From Saprolegnia diclina VS20 (taxonomy: Eukaryota), in the NCBI RefSeq assembly GCF_000281045.1, contig NW_008246091.1, positions 471,771 to 491,770 on the forward strand: a stretch of 20,000 nt of DNA, in the 5' to 3' direction. Under the pieces are notes generated by a model that made no database searches, was not told the origin of the DNA, and saw only the letters and a program-made list of their open reading frames with translations. Within the stretch, counting starts at the first letter, position 1. The number at the start of each line of letters is the position of its first letter. This document shows, one piece after another, positions 1 to 10,162 of this stretch. A program made the translations under genes and the position numbers.

Positions 1-190
1 CAAATGAATTGGACGTTGACACCACTGGTGCCCTACAAAGAATCCACCAGGTGCACCGTAGGGCAGCAGAGGTTTCACCGCGGTGTCGTTTCCGGCTGAA
101 GGCCGGTAGCAGTCCGCTGGGCACCGCAACGAAGCGGAGGTCGCGTCCGTCGCACGCGTCCATCACACATTCGCCATGTGCATGTTTGCA

Positions 191-370
191 GGACAAGTAC
201 AGCAGCTCGGCTTGGTTGCTTTTAATAGGCCGCAGAGACGCCGCGATGTTGTTGTGACGCTGTTACGACGTTGTCGCGACACTATCGTAACATTGTCACG
301 ACGTTGTTACGACGCTGTTACGACGCTGTTGTAACATTGTTGTGACGTTGTCGCGACCTTGTCGTGATGA
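191..370 (+). repeat. Left copy of an inverted-repeat element: 60-bp core plus 12 tandem 11-bp palindromic units
   Basis: 191-250 (GGACAAGTACAGCAGCTCGGCTTGGTTGCT...GCCGCGATGTT) matches the reverse complement of 19840-19899 at 55/60. Positions 239-370 are 12 in-register 11-mers (e.g. TGTTACGACGT, TGTCGCGACAC, TGTCACGACGT), consensus TGTYRYRACRY. Confidence 0.9.
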
Positions 371-375
371 AGTTT

Positions 376-643
376 GGCGGCGTTACCAAGCGCCTGGACA
401 AGGCATGAAAATGACATATACGTACTCCTCACGAATGACCCCAGTGTGGCCAAGAGGCAGCTCCTCCAGCACATTGCGACCGTGAGCCCGAGAGACACCT
501 ACACGACGGGCAAGGGCAGTTGTGGCGTCGGTCTCATGGCCGCGGTCGTGCGCGACCAGATCACCAAGGAGATGACGCTCAATTGCGGCGCGCTTGTGCT
601 GGCCGACATGGGCATTTGCAGCATCGACGAGTTTGATGAGATC
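376..643 (+). pseudogene. MCM7: Degraded fragment of an MCM2-7 helicase AAA+ domain, most like MCM7
   Basis: From 413 it reads [77 protein letters not shown]. This is the MCM Walker A (GDPGVAKSQ, here NDPSVAKRQ) through Walker B (IDEFD). Upstream, GGVTKRLD (376-399) and GMK (402-410) sit in other frames, so there are frameshifts. Only about 90 codons of a much longer protein are present. Confidence 0.85.
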
Positions 644-645
644 AC

Positions 646-682
646 ACCCTGCCCCAAGAAAACCCGAGGTTTGGGGCAGGGT
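646..682. repeat. 12-bp perfect inverted repeat or hairpin, possibly a collapsed MITE
   Basis: ACCCTGCCCCAA (646-657), a 13-nt spacer, then TTGGGGCAGGGT (671-682). It starts 3 nt after MCM homology ends. Confidence 0.7.
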
Positions 683-851
683 ACGTTGAACTTCAATGCA
701 CATGATCCCGTCCACCGACGAGTCCAAACTACGTCACACGTAGTATAGACAGGCAGTGACGCTTGCTAATATGACTTGCGAGGTCACCTCCCATGGTAAC
801 CCGAGCCCAGTACTAACACCAAAGATAGACTAGATACGTATATGTGTGTCA

Positions 852-2137
852 TTAGTGCGTCGTGGCGTACGCCTTGTTGAGTGCGCCGGCAATGACGAGG
901 TGCTGGATCTCGGACGTGCCTTCGTAGATTTCGGTGATGCGCGCATCGCGGTAGTGGCGCTCGGCCGGCATGTCGGTGACGTAGCCCATGCCGCCGAGGA
1001 TCTGGATCGCCTGGTGCGCGTTCTCCGTTGCGACTTCCGACGCCTTGAGCTTGGCCATTGCCGCCTCCTTGGTAAAGTTGCGGCCCGCGTCCTTGGCGAT
1101 GGCGGCGCGCCACGTGAGAAGGCGCGCGGCGTCGAGCTCGGTCGCCATCTTGGAGAGCTTGGTCTGGATGATCGGGTTCTTGGCGAGCGGCGTGCCAAAC
1201 GCGAGGCGCTGGTGCGCGTACGCGATCGCGCAGTCGAGCGACGCCTGCGCAATGCCGAGCGCCTGCGACGCGATACCGATGCGGCCGCCGTCGAGCGTCG
1301 TCATGGCGATCTTGAAGCCCTCGCCCTCCTTGCCGAGGAGCGCGCTGTGCGGCACTTCGACGTTTTCGAGGATGAGCTGCGCCGTCGACGACGCACGGAT
1401 ACCGAGCTTGTCTTCCTTCTTCCCGAGCTGGATCTGGCTCATGGGCACGATGAACGCAGAGATGCCCTTGTGCGCCTTGGCCTTGTCGGTCGTCGCAAAG
1501 ATGATGGCGTTGTCGGCCTCGTGCGCGTTCGTGATCCACATCTTGGTGCCGTTCAGAACGTAGCCCGTGTCCGTCTTGCGCGCGGTCGTCGACGCCGCGC
1601 CAGCGTCCGACCCGTTCCCGGGCTCCGAGAGGCCAAAGCAGCCGAGCTTTTCGCCGGCGGCGAACGGCGTCAAATGCTCTTCCTTCTGCGCCGGCGTGCC
1701 GTACTTGTCGATCGGCGCCGCATACAGCGAGTTGTTGACCGACATGATGACGCCGGCCGACGCGCACCCGCGGCTAATCTCCTCGAGCGCGATCGAGTAC
1801 GCGAGGTAGTCCATGCCGGCGCCGCCGTACTCGCCCGGCACGATGATGCCCATGAGGCCCATTTCGCCCATGGCCTTGATGGCGTCACCCGGGTACAAGT
1901 GCTCGCGGTCCCAGAGACCCGCGTTCGGCGCAAGCTCCTTGTCCGCAAAGAGGCGGCACGTGTCACGGAGCATCGTGTGGTCTTCCGAGAGGTCCTCAAA
2001 GCAGAGCGCGCTCATGGAGCGGCGGGCCGAGCCGGCGGCAGCTCTACACGCCCATGGTCAGGCGCATGCGCATGGCGAGGAGGAGGATCGACGTACTGGC
2101 GAAGGATCGGCGACGCGCGGGCGAGGGACGAGAGCAT
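852..2137 (-). CDS. ACADS: Mitochondrial short-chain (butyryl) acyl-CoA dehydrogenase, about 410 aa, 2 exons
   Basis: Motifs [44 protein letters not shown] and [17 protein letters not shown]. Exon 1 (2137-2097) splices via a GTACGT..CTGAC..TAG intron (2096-2044) to exon 2 (2043-852). This adds a transit-peptide-like leader, [25 protein letters not shown]. Confidence 0.93.
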
Positions 2138-2160
2138 CTTGCGGTCGGGAGCGCGTGGCC

Positions 2161-2214
2161 AAAATGCAAAATACGCCAAGATTGGCGAATCCGCAGCCAC
2201 GCGATGTGATTGGC
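2161..2214 (-). promoter_or_regulatory. Oomycete Inr/FPR-like core promoter and two CCAAT boxes upstream of ACADS
   Basis: Minus strand GCGTATTTTGCATTTT (2176-2161) fits most of GCTCATTYYNCAWTT, about 25-40 bp upstream of the ATG. ATTGG occurs at about 2181 and 2209 (CCAAT on the minus strand). Confidence 0.5.
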
Positions 2215-2749
2215 TGAAATGTTGAACTTGCACCGCGAGCGTCGACTCAACGCTGTTGAGTCAACAGACGCTGGCCGTGATGCCAATGCCGGCTTCTCGA
2301 AGCTCTGCCAGGCGCACAGATGGCTCGTTGCAAGCGCATCTTCCGACGTAGCAGGTCTGCCAGGCTCCAGCCTAATGCGACGAGGAGGCTGCCACCGTCA
2401 CCGCTCGGCTTCACCCGGCTTCGGCTACGTTGGGCCCATGGCCCAAGCATCCCGCTTGGTCGCTTTCATGCAACGACGCCACTTGGTAGTGCTATCATTG
2501 GACGTTGCTGTAGCGTCATCCATGCCACCAAGGTGGGCGATATGCGGCCAAGAGATCGTCGGATCGATCCTGCCACAGGATGCCCTTTTATACGTTGCGA
2601 CGGACACGACGCGTCCTATCCTGCTCGACACGAGACGTGCGGCAGCCAGCGCTCTTACGGACCGTGTCCACTCTAGTAGCCTCGCCCAGGCTTCTGCGTC
2701 GTCGTGGCATAGGTCACGCAAGGTCGCCATGTCAACTGCATTTGGCTGT

Positions 2750-4315
2750 CTATCTCTGTTTGGCCAAGAAGGCGTGGAGCACTGCATCAATGTCGTCGAT
2801 CGAGTCTTCCAGGCCTTCGAAAGCACTTGGATGACTCTTCTTCTTGGTTTCATTGGCATAGTACGAGTCTTGCGGCTCTGCAAGCGGCCGACCGACATAG
2901 GGCACGAAGCAGCTCTCAACCTAAGGTCCAAACTTGGTGGAGCTAGCAGCTGAAAAATGTTACCTGAAGAGAGGCGCCGCGGGGCGTGGCTCGATCGCCG
3001 CTGACGACGGACACGAACGAGCTGCTGCTTTCGAGCTGGTTGGACCTACGCGAAAGGTACCACACACTGCAGCCCGTGTCCACGGCGAGAGCACGTACGG
3101 CGCATCGAGACTAGGCGTAGGTGGACGAGACGTTGCTGGCGCGAGGGTTCCAAAGCCAAACACCCGTCGTTCTTCTTTGGCAAGTGGCGAGTCGAGCAGT
3201 AAATTGTTGTTGTTTTTGTTACTGCTGCTGCTCATGCGATGACTGCTTCGTGGCCGAGGCAGCTAGGCACGTCGATAACCACGGCACACGAGACCGTAGA
3301 AACAACGTACCACATTGAGCGCCTTGGGCGGGTCCATTTGCAGCATGAAATTCGGTTTTTGGTACATTTCCTGTGCTACTATAGACCTCTTGTCGCACGT
3401 ATCGAGACGTACCTTGGAGACTTGAAGTTTTTGTTTTCGAGCCTCTTCGATCTACATCAATCATGGTTTAGTAATTGAAGTCGGGACACAGCGTGCTGCA
3501 CCTCGTGGCGGAGCCGCTGCACCGCGTCGATTTCCTGAGAAGGACCACCGGTACTATTGCGCGACGGAAAGATGGACGCCGCAGCTGGTAGCGCGGATCC
3601 AAAGACAGACGGTAGCGTAAAGCTGGGTCGGTACGCCGGACTCGCCTGCATCTATAGCAGGTGTGTGAGCTCAGCAATCGTGTTCGTGCTCTCGCACCGG
3701 CGACGGCTGTTCGGGATACATGGGTCGAGGGGGGGACGGTGCATGCATCACTATCGAGTAAAATATGTTGAGCATGTGGCCTTGATTTGGCGCTATAACG
3801 TACCTGGTTGACTTGGCGCTGGCACGGGTCCCGGCGCATTCCTACAGCGATGTTTAGACGGTATGTATCGTCCATAGTCCAAAGGACATTGTGTGCTGCG
3901 TTTGTTGTCTCTTTTCAGGGGACAGTGCACGGCGGGGCGGGTCGTTGGGAGGTGGCGGCGCACTGTTCTTTGCACTGGGCTTGCCGCTGTGCATGCGGTC
4001 CTACGCCATAAATGTCAGAGAAGAAAGGTCAGAGCGAAGGCACCATTTCTTCACGTTCTCGGCGCTGCTCCTCTTGCTTTTGGTGTTTAAGCTGCTCCTT
4101 CTTTTCGTTTTGCTCGCGAATCTACCGTCGCATTCGACGACTACTTTGTACGATTGGGGTGTACCTGCACTTGGAGCATCGCTGCATAGTCGAGCTTGAG
4201 GTTGTGCTTCTCGCTCACCTCGTCCAGCGTTTCCCCCGTAAACATGTTGCGACGACGCGACGCCCTACGAGAAACTTGGTCAAATGATGCGTCGTTCGCG
4301 CCGCAGCCCCCACAT
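2750..4315 (-). CDS. Multi-exon coiled-coil and proline-rich protein, about 349 aa, CSPP1/CCDC66-like; 5' end uncertain
   Basis: Phase-consistent exon chain: (4315-4314), 4264-4165, 4121-4044, 4000-3888, 3841-3804, 3750-3698, 3651-3502, 3451-3413, 3370-3311, 3262-3099, 3045-2964, 2920-2750. All introns are GT-AG and 42-53 bp. The product includes LDYAAMLQVQIREQNEKKEQLKHQKQEEQRREREEM, LESSSSFV, LQVESCFV and ends EDSIDDIDAVLHAFLAKQR*. The family call is from remembered motif resemblance only. Confidence 0.7.
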
Positions 4316-4481
4316 GATGATGGCGTCCAGGTGAAAACGGTTTTTGTTGAAAACGAAATGACGGAACGCCCGTCACAAAATACGACTTTTGGCGCACCAC
4401 GCACACCCAGCGTCTCGAGAGGAGCTCCTTCTGAAGATGGTTTGGCGCCCATTCATCGCAAACGAAATGAACCAGCTCACC

Positions 4482-4965
4482 GAACGCCTATCTGTCGAAC
4501 GTGGCGTTCGTATGGGTTCGGTCGCAGCTGGCGGTCCAAGTTGATGACAGGCGGCTGCATCATGCTATCTTAAACCACTTTGGTTGCACAAAGCTAACGG
4601 CCACGAAAGCACTCGTATACCCTGGGTTTTATCTCTTGCGCAAGAATCCCACTCAAACGCGAGCCATTTTCGTTAAATAGCACTTCTTCAAGCGCCCTGG
4701 CTGGCTTGCAGGTGTGGCCAGCCAGCAGAATAGGGTAAAACCGCAGCTCGATGCATTCATCGACCCTCCAAGTCGATGCTGTCGCGCCTGGGCGACGAAA
4801 TCACCAAGGGAAATATCATTTTTGCTGGCCCTTGCATCACTTTGTTTGCCGTGACGGGTTCTAGCACTATCGTAGGAACCAGCTTGGGGCGACATCTGTC
4901 TTGGGTCAGCGCTTGCGGTTGACTCCCACTGCTTGATCGCTGAGCGTCAGCACCAGCAGCGACAT
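4482..4965 (-). other. Possible extra 5' exons of the 2750-4315 gene, or a small separate gene
   Basis: Candidate GT-AG-joined segments 4965-4930, 4895-4841 and 4787-4621 (ATASTWRVDECIELRFYPILL...), plus about 4562-4482 ending at a GTGAGC donor. No recognisable domain, and the downstream join is ambiguous. Confidence 0.25.
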
Positions 4966-5122
4966 GAAAAAGGCGCCAACACCACGATATCGAAGTTCGA
5001 AGTTATAATCCGAAGTTCGCACATCAAAGCCGGACCAAACCCGGAGTGCGTCGTATATTTCTGTCGCGTCTTGCACCGCTCACTTGGTCTTTTTCTGGAT
5101 GGGAATCAGTCCAGGGGCGGAG

Positions 5123-8100
5123 ATGAGCAGCACGGCCACGTCCCCGTCCGCGAAGGAGAAGGAGCGCATCAGCCAGGCTGCGCATGACGAGTGCATGCAC
5201 GTGCTCTCGTCGCTCCTCCAGCACGAGGCGCTGCGCAAGGCGACGCTCTCATCGGCGGCCAAGACGGCGCTGCTCGAAGGCGCGTTCGCCGACATCCAGC
5301 ACGCCCCGTCCGAGCTGCGTTCGAAGCTGCTCAAGAAGAGCATGGGCCTCGAGAAGGTGCAGTCACTCCTTGGCACGAAGCCGTCGCGCTGCCGCTTCAA
5401 GACGTGCGAGAAATTCGCCAAAGACGTCCGCGTCGTCTTCCACAACGTGCTCGCGCTGCAAAACTACTGGAAAGACCAGCAGTCGCCGTCGTACGATGCG
5501 ATTCTGTACCATACGACGCAAAAGCTGCTGCAGGTATGATCATCTCGAGTGTAAGAACGCGTTGCATCATGCCCCGCGTCGCCAGGACTTTGAGCGCCTT
5601 TTCAACGAACGGCTCTCGCCCCATATTGCGCGGGCGCCGTCGTCGTCGCCCGAGCCAACGCCGCCTTCCGCACCAACGCCCGCACCTGTTGCCGCTCCGT
5701 CGCCGCCACCTGCGACCGCGGCGCGCCTCGACGACGACGACGTGGCCAAGTGCCAGGCGATCGTCCAGAAAATCATGAAGTACAAGGACGGCGGCATGTC
5801 GCTCGCCACGCCGTTCTTCAACCCGGTCGACTTGACGCTGTACGTCGACTACAAGATCAAGGTGCCCCATCGCATGCACCTCTTTGGCGTCCAGCAAAAG
5901 CTCAGCACCGGCTCGTACGCGTCGCTTGTGGCCTTTGCCTACGACATGCGCCTCATCTTCTCCAACTGCCTCGTGTACAACGCCGATGTGATCTTGAGCG
6001 GCCCGATCCGCGACCACGCTGTGAAGCTCCTCCAGGCTTTCGAGTCGCTCATGCTGCAGTCGTTTGGCCAGTCGCGGAATACGTGGCCCGGACTCGCCGA
6101 CGTCGACCGGTGGAAGTGCCACCAGATCCTCCACGACATCCTCGCGCATCGCACCAAGCAAGGCCTCGAGTCGGCGCAGTGGTTTAAGTACCCGATTCAC
6201 GTACGCCTTCCCCGATAGCAAAAGTAGAAACTTTATATTTCTCTACCCTAGACCTATTTCGAGTCGGAAGACCAAATCCCGTTCGAGTATTTCAAGATTG
6301 TGAAAAAGCCCATGGACATTGGCACTGTCTCGGTACGTTGCTGTTGTCCGTGTCCGTCATGGCATCTGACGTCCTATGACAGGCGCGTCTGCATTTGGGC
6401 GAGTACAAGGAGCTCGCGCCGTTCGTCTCGGACCTCCGCCGTGTCTTTGAGAACTGCATCAAGTACTGGAAAAACAACCCGGACGGGAAGCAGTACTACA
6501 GCGACGGCAAGACGCTCCTCAGTCTCTTCAAGAGCAAGGTCACGGCCGCGTTTGGGCCCGCGCTGCTCGAAGACCGCAAGAGCAGCAAGCACCACCACAG
6601 TCACAGCCACGAAGCATCGGCACCGCCAGCCGTCCCATCGTCTTCGGTACGCACATCTCACGTTCATGGAGATGTAGTCCGCTCATCGACGGAATGTAGA
6701 AGCCGGCCGCGTCGTCGTCGTCGGCATCGGGCGACAGCAAAGGCCGCCGGGCGTTTCAGGAGAAGGACACGTGCCTCAACATCCTGCAGCTCATCCGGAA
6801 ACACACGATGCGCGGGCTCATGGGCGAGATCCTCACGGCGGGCCCGTTCCTTGTCGCTGTCGACGTCACCAAGTACCCCGACTACCTCGCGATCGTGCCC
6901 GAGCCAATGGACTTTGCAAAAATCGAGGTACGGCTTTGTTCAGTGACATCACTCGACACAACGAACGATATGAACTTAGCGCAAGCTCAAGAGCAACCGG
7001 TACAGCCACGTGTCCGAGTTTGCAGCCGACGTGCACTTGATCTTCTCCAACTGCATGAAGTACAACAGCGATCCGGTCGAAGGCGCCGACATTCGGACCA
7101 TGGCCAACAGTCTGCGCGACTACTTTGTGTCGCTTTATGCTGCCATGGTACCCAAGTCTCCACACTTCCTCTCGATCTCATATGTACGTCGATAGGAGCG
7201 CGGCGAGCCGCTGGTTGCGGCCACAGTCTCCTCAAGCTTCCCGCCACCACCGACGGCGACGACCAGTGCCAAGCCGCGCAGCACCAAGCCAATGGCGGAC
7301 GACGTGACGCCCGTGACGTTAGCGTCAACCGCGCTCGAGAGCCACAGTGACAGTGGTGAGAAGAAGAAGAAGAAGGACAAGAAGGACAAGAAGGAAAAGA
7401 AGAAGAAAAAGGACAAAAAGGACAAAAAGAAGGACAAGAAGGACAAACCGCGGTCCGAGGCATCGAGCAGCAGTGCGCCGCCGCCGGTCGTCGCGGTCAC
7501 GGTCGCGGCCCCGATCCCGGTTGTCGTACCCGAGAAGGCGTCTCGGAAAGGCGGGTCGTCGGCCTCGAAAGCCTCGTCGTCGTCGTCCAAGTCCAAGGTC
7601 AAGCTCGACTTGTCGCCGTGGGAAACGTCGTGCGAGCGCATCTTGTCGCGATTGAGCAAGATTGAGAGCGTGCACTTGATGCACTTTGACGTGCCGTTGC
7701 TGCGCATCTTCCCGGACCTCGCGGCGTCCTACGAGCGCGTGGTCACTGAGCCCATGGATCTGGGGACGATGCGGCAGCGGCTCCTCGCGCACCAGCTGCC
7801 GTCGGCGGCCGAGTTTGTCCGGCTCGGGCACCTCGTGTTTGCGAACGCCGAGGCGTTCAACGTCGGGAGTGACTCGTCGTCGATCCGTGTGCGGGAAATG
7901 GCGGCGCACTTGCGCTGGTTCTTTGACTCGATGTGCATGGAGCACAAGCTCCTCGACGCCGAGTTGCGTCTTGAGCGCCGCAACGAGCGGTTTCTGGGCG
8001 TCCAGACGCTGCGCTTCACCGAGAGCAAGCCCAACAAAGAGTGCTCGAAAGTGCTCCGCGTCCTTTTGAGTCAAAAGTACCAGAAGTACGCATGGCCGTT

Positions 8101-8947
8101 TGTCGAGCCGGTCGAGAAGCTCTTCCCGGGTCTGCCGCCAAAGTACTTTGAGATCATCACCAAGCCGATGGACCTCAAGACCGTCTCGGAGAAGCTGACG
8201 TCGCTCACGTACAAGACGTATGGCGAGTTTATCGCTGACATTCGCCTCACATTTGAGAACGCACTGCTGTACAACATTGCCGAGAAGGGCAAGGAAGGAC
8301 CGACGGTCTACTCGGCCGGCGAGAAGATGCTGCACGTGGCCATGGACCAGTGGGGCGACGTGACGATCGACATTATCGAGCGGTCGAAGCGCAGCGTACT
8401 CTTGCACAAGGAAGCGCAGCTGCTTGCGGCGCAGAACCGCGCGGCCAACGAAGCCGCCGAGGCCGCGGCGGAAGCCGACCGTCTCCGCACGTACCAGGCC
8501 AAGCTCGAGCAGCAAAAGATCGACGAAGCGGCGCAGGAAGAGCGGTCCGAGCACGAGCGGTCACTGCAGGCCAGCGTCGCGGCCAAAGCTGCGAAGGAGG
8601 CCCGCGCATCCCTTCTGAGCATGGAGAAGATGACGAAAAGCGAGCGCAAGATTGAAGAGAAGAAGCGCAAGAAGGCCAAGAAGGACGAAGAGGCCGCGCG
8701 GTCTGAGAAGCGTCGGCGCACCGCGACGCTTGCGACCGAAGAGGCGCTGCGCGAGGCCGAGCACCGCAGCCGGCTCCGACAAAAGGCCAAAGACCTCCTC
8801 GACGAAGCCCGCGCCAAGCAGGAGGCGCTCCGCCACGAACACCTCAAGTTTGCCAAGCCAAAGCGCAAGGCGCCCGAGTGCGCCAAGGCGTTCTGGAAGG
8901 TCAAGCGACGCATGCTCGTGGTCGCGCCGTGCTTTAGCGCTGCGTAA
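5123..8947 (+). CDS. Multi-bromodomain chromatin protein (five clear plus one degenerate bromodomain), about 1172 aa, 7 exons
   Basis: Exons 5123-5533, 5586-6200, 6252-6332, 6383-6646, 6700-6927, 6980-7147 and 7196-8947 splice in frame. Repeated bromodomain signatures: PFFNPVD..FSNCLVYN; WFKYPI..KKPMDIGTV..FENCIKYW; PFLVAVD..YPDY..EPMDF..FSNCMKYN; EPMDLGTM..FANAEAFN; WPFVEPV..KPMDLKTV..FENALLYN. The C-terminus is a charged coiled coil. Confidence 0.9.
7360..7447 (+). repeat. Lys/Asp low-complexity coding repeat (AAG/GAC-rich)
   Basis: Encodes KKKKKDKKDKKEKKKKKDKKDKKKDKKDK within the last exon of the bromodomain gene. Confidence 0.8.
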
Positions 8948-9158
8948 GGGTAGCGCCTTGTATCTGTGAAGCCACATTGATGCCACACAAAACCACCAAG
9001 TAGTAATATGAAGATGTAGTACATAGTGTGCATTGTTGGTCTTTGGTCAAGGGCTAGGTGCAACTGAGTATAAACTTTCACAGGCTTTAGACGCGCGGCC
9101 TGTCAGACTTGATACTCGCCATCTTCGCTTCGTGTCGGCAAACCACGCGCCGGCAACG

Positions 9159-10162
9159 ATGATGGACGCCCTGCCCATGCATGCGACCCACGCCCGCGAG
9201 TCGACGTCGACGCCGTCTGCGAAGCGCGGCTCGGCCTTCCCGACGCGACCGGCCCGCGGCGCCAGCGGTACGTTGCCGCTCTTCCGCAACTGCTCGTCGG
9301 CTGTGCCCGAGTACTTTGCCCGCATGGTCGACTACCGCCAAATGGACCTCGAGGCGACGTACTACCAAATGGTGACGCTGTGCATTGCGCCCTCCAAGGT
9401 CTACAAGAGCGCGTACTACCGCAAGCAGACCAAGAACCGCTGGGCGCGCGACGACCCAGCGTTCGCTGTCATCCAAGTCTCTCCTTTGCTTCGTAGGCTC
9501 TGGCTGACACTGCGCGTAGGTGCTCTTTCTGTTTGTCGCGTCGCTGGCGTGGACCGTGGCCTTTGAGAAGACGTCGTCGCTCGGGTTCCTCCTCATCTGC
9601 GATGTCATTGTCGAGTGGCTCGTCCTCGGCGTGCTTCTCTCGACGGCCAGCTGGTGGGTCGCCAACACCTTCCTGCGCCTCTCGCCGCCGGGCATTGCAA
9701 GCGACACGTTCTTCGTCGAGCAGTCGGTCGAGTGGCAGTACGCCTTTGACATCCACTGCAACGGGTTCTTCGTGCTCTTCCTCCTCGTCCACGTCGTGCA
9801 GGTGCGACGCCACTTCGATCCCCGGACGTCGCCAACATTTTTTGTATTTTCTAGTTTTTGCTCGTCCCGCTTCTCGTGGCAGATACCTTTGTGTCGCTTC
9901 TGATGGCCAACACGCTGTACGCGCTGGCGTGCGGCAGCTACTTCTACATCACGTTCCTCGGCTACATGGGTACTCTCTACCGTGAGGTTGACGCTCATGT
10001 TGCGTGCGTTTAGCGCTCCCGTTCCTCCACAACACGGAGCGATTCCTGTACCCGGTCGTCGCCGTCGGCGGCTTGTACGTCGCCAGTCTCGTGCTCTCGA
10101 TCGTCCTTGGCGTCAACTTCAACTGCGCCGCCATGTCCGCAGCCTACTATTATTCAGCCTAA
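9159..10162 (+). CDS. UNC50: UNC-50/GMH1 family Golgi membrane protein, about 287 aa, 4 exons
   Basis: Motifs YRQMDLE..YQM..LCIAPSKVYK..YRKQTKNRWARDDPAF, VEWQYAFDIHCNGFF, YFYITFLGY and LPFLHNTERFLYP. Exons are 9159-9476, 9520-9801, 9855-9969 and 10014-10162. Confidence 0.92.

Noticed and set aside
1..190. Extension of the inverted repeat outside the 60-bp core, or a transposase in the flanks
   Set aside because: Only short patchy matches to the reverse complement of 19900-20000 (e.g. TACAAAGAATC vs TACACAGAATC). No transposase motif is recognisable anywhere in the window.
239..370. CRISPR-like or telomeric array
   Set aside because: The units are contiguous 11-mers with no unique spacers, there are no cas genes, the context is eukaryotic, and it is not a TTTAGGG-type repeat.
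374..748. Functional 124-aa MCM protein
   Set aside because: Non-ATG start, frameshifted upstream homology, mutated Walker A, and truncation right after Walker B.
846..2225. 459-aa plus-strand ORF antisense to ACADS
   Set aside because: Shadow ORF caused by high GC3 codon bias. No recognisable domain, and the opposite strand is a clear enzyme.
2210..2953. 247-aa plus-strand ORF
   Set aside because: No motif, weak codon bias, and it overlaps the last exon of the minus-strand spliced gene.
3239..3478. Chromodomain-like string YHIERLGRVHLQHEIRFLV on the plus strand
   Set aside because: It lacks the downstream aromatic cage, and the region is explained by exons and introns of the minus-strand gene.
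7325..9081. Long minus-strand ORFs (409 aa and 257 aa)
   Set aside because: Antisense shadows of the last bromodomain exon.
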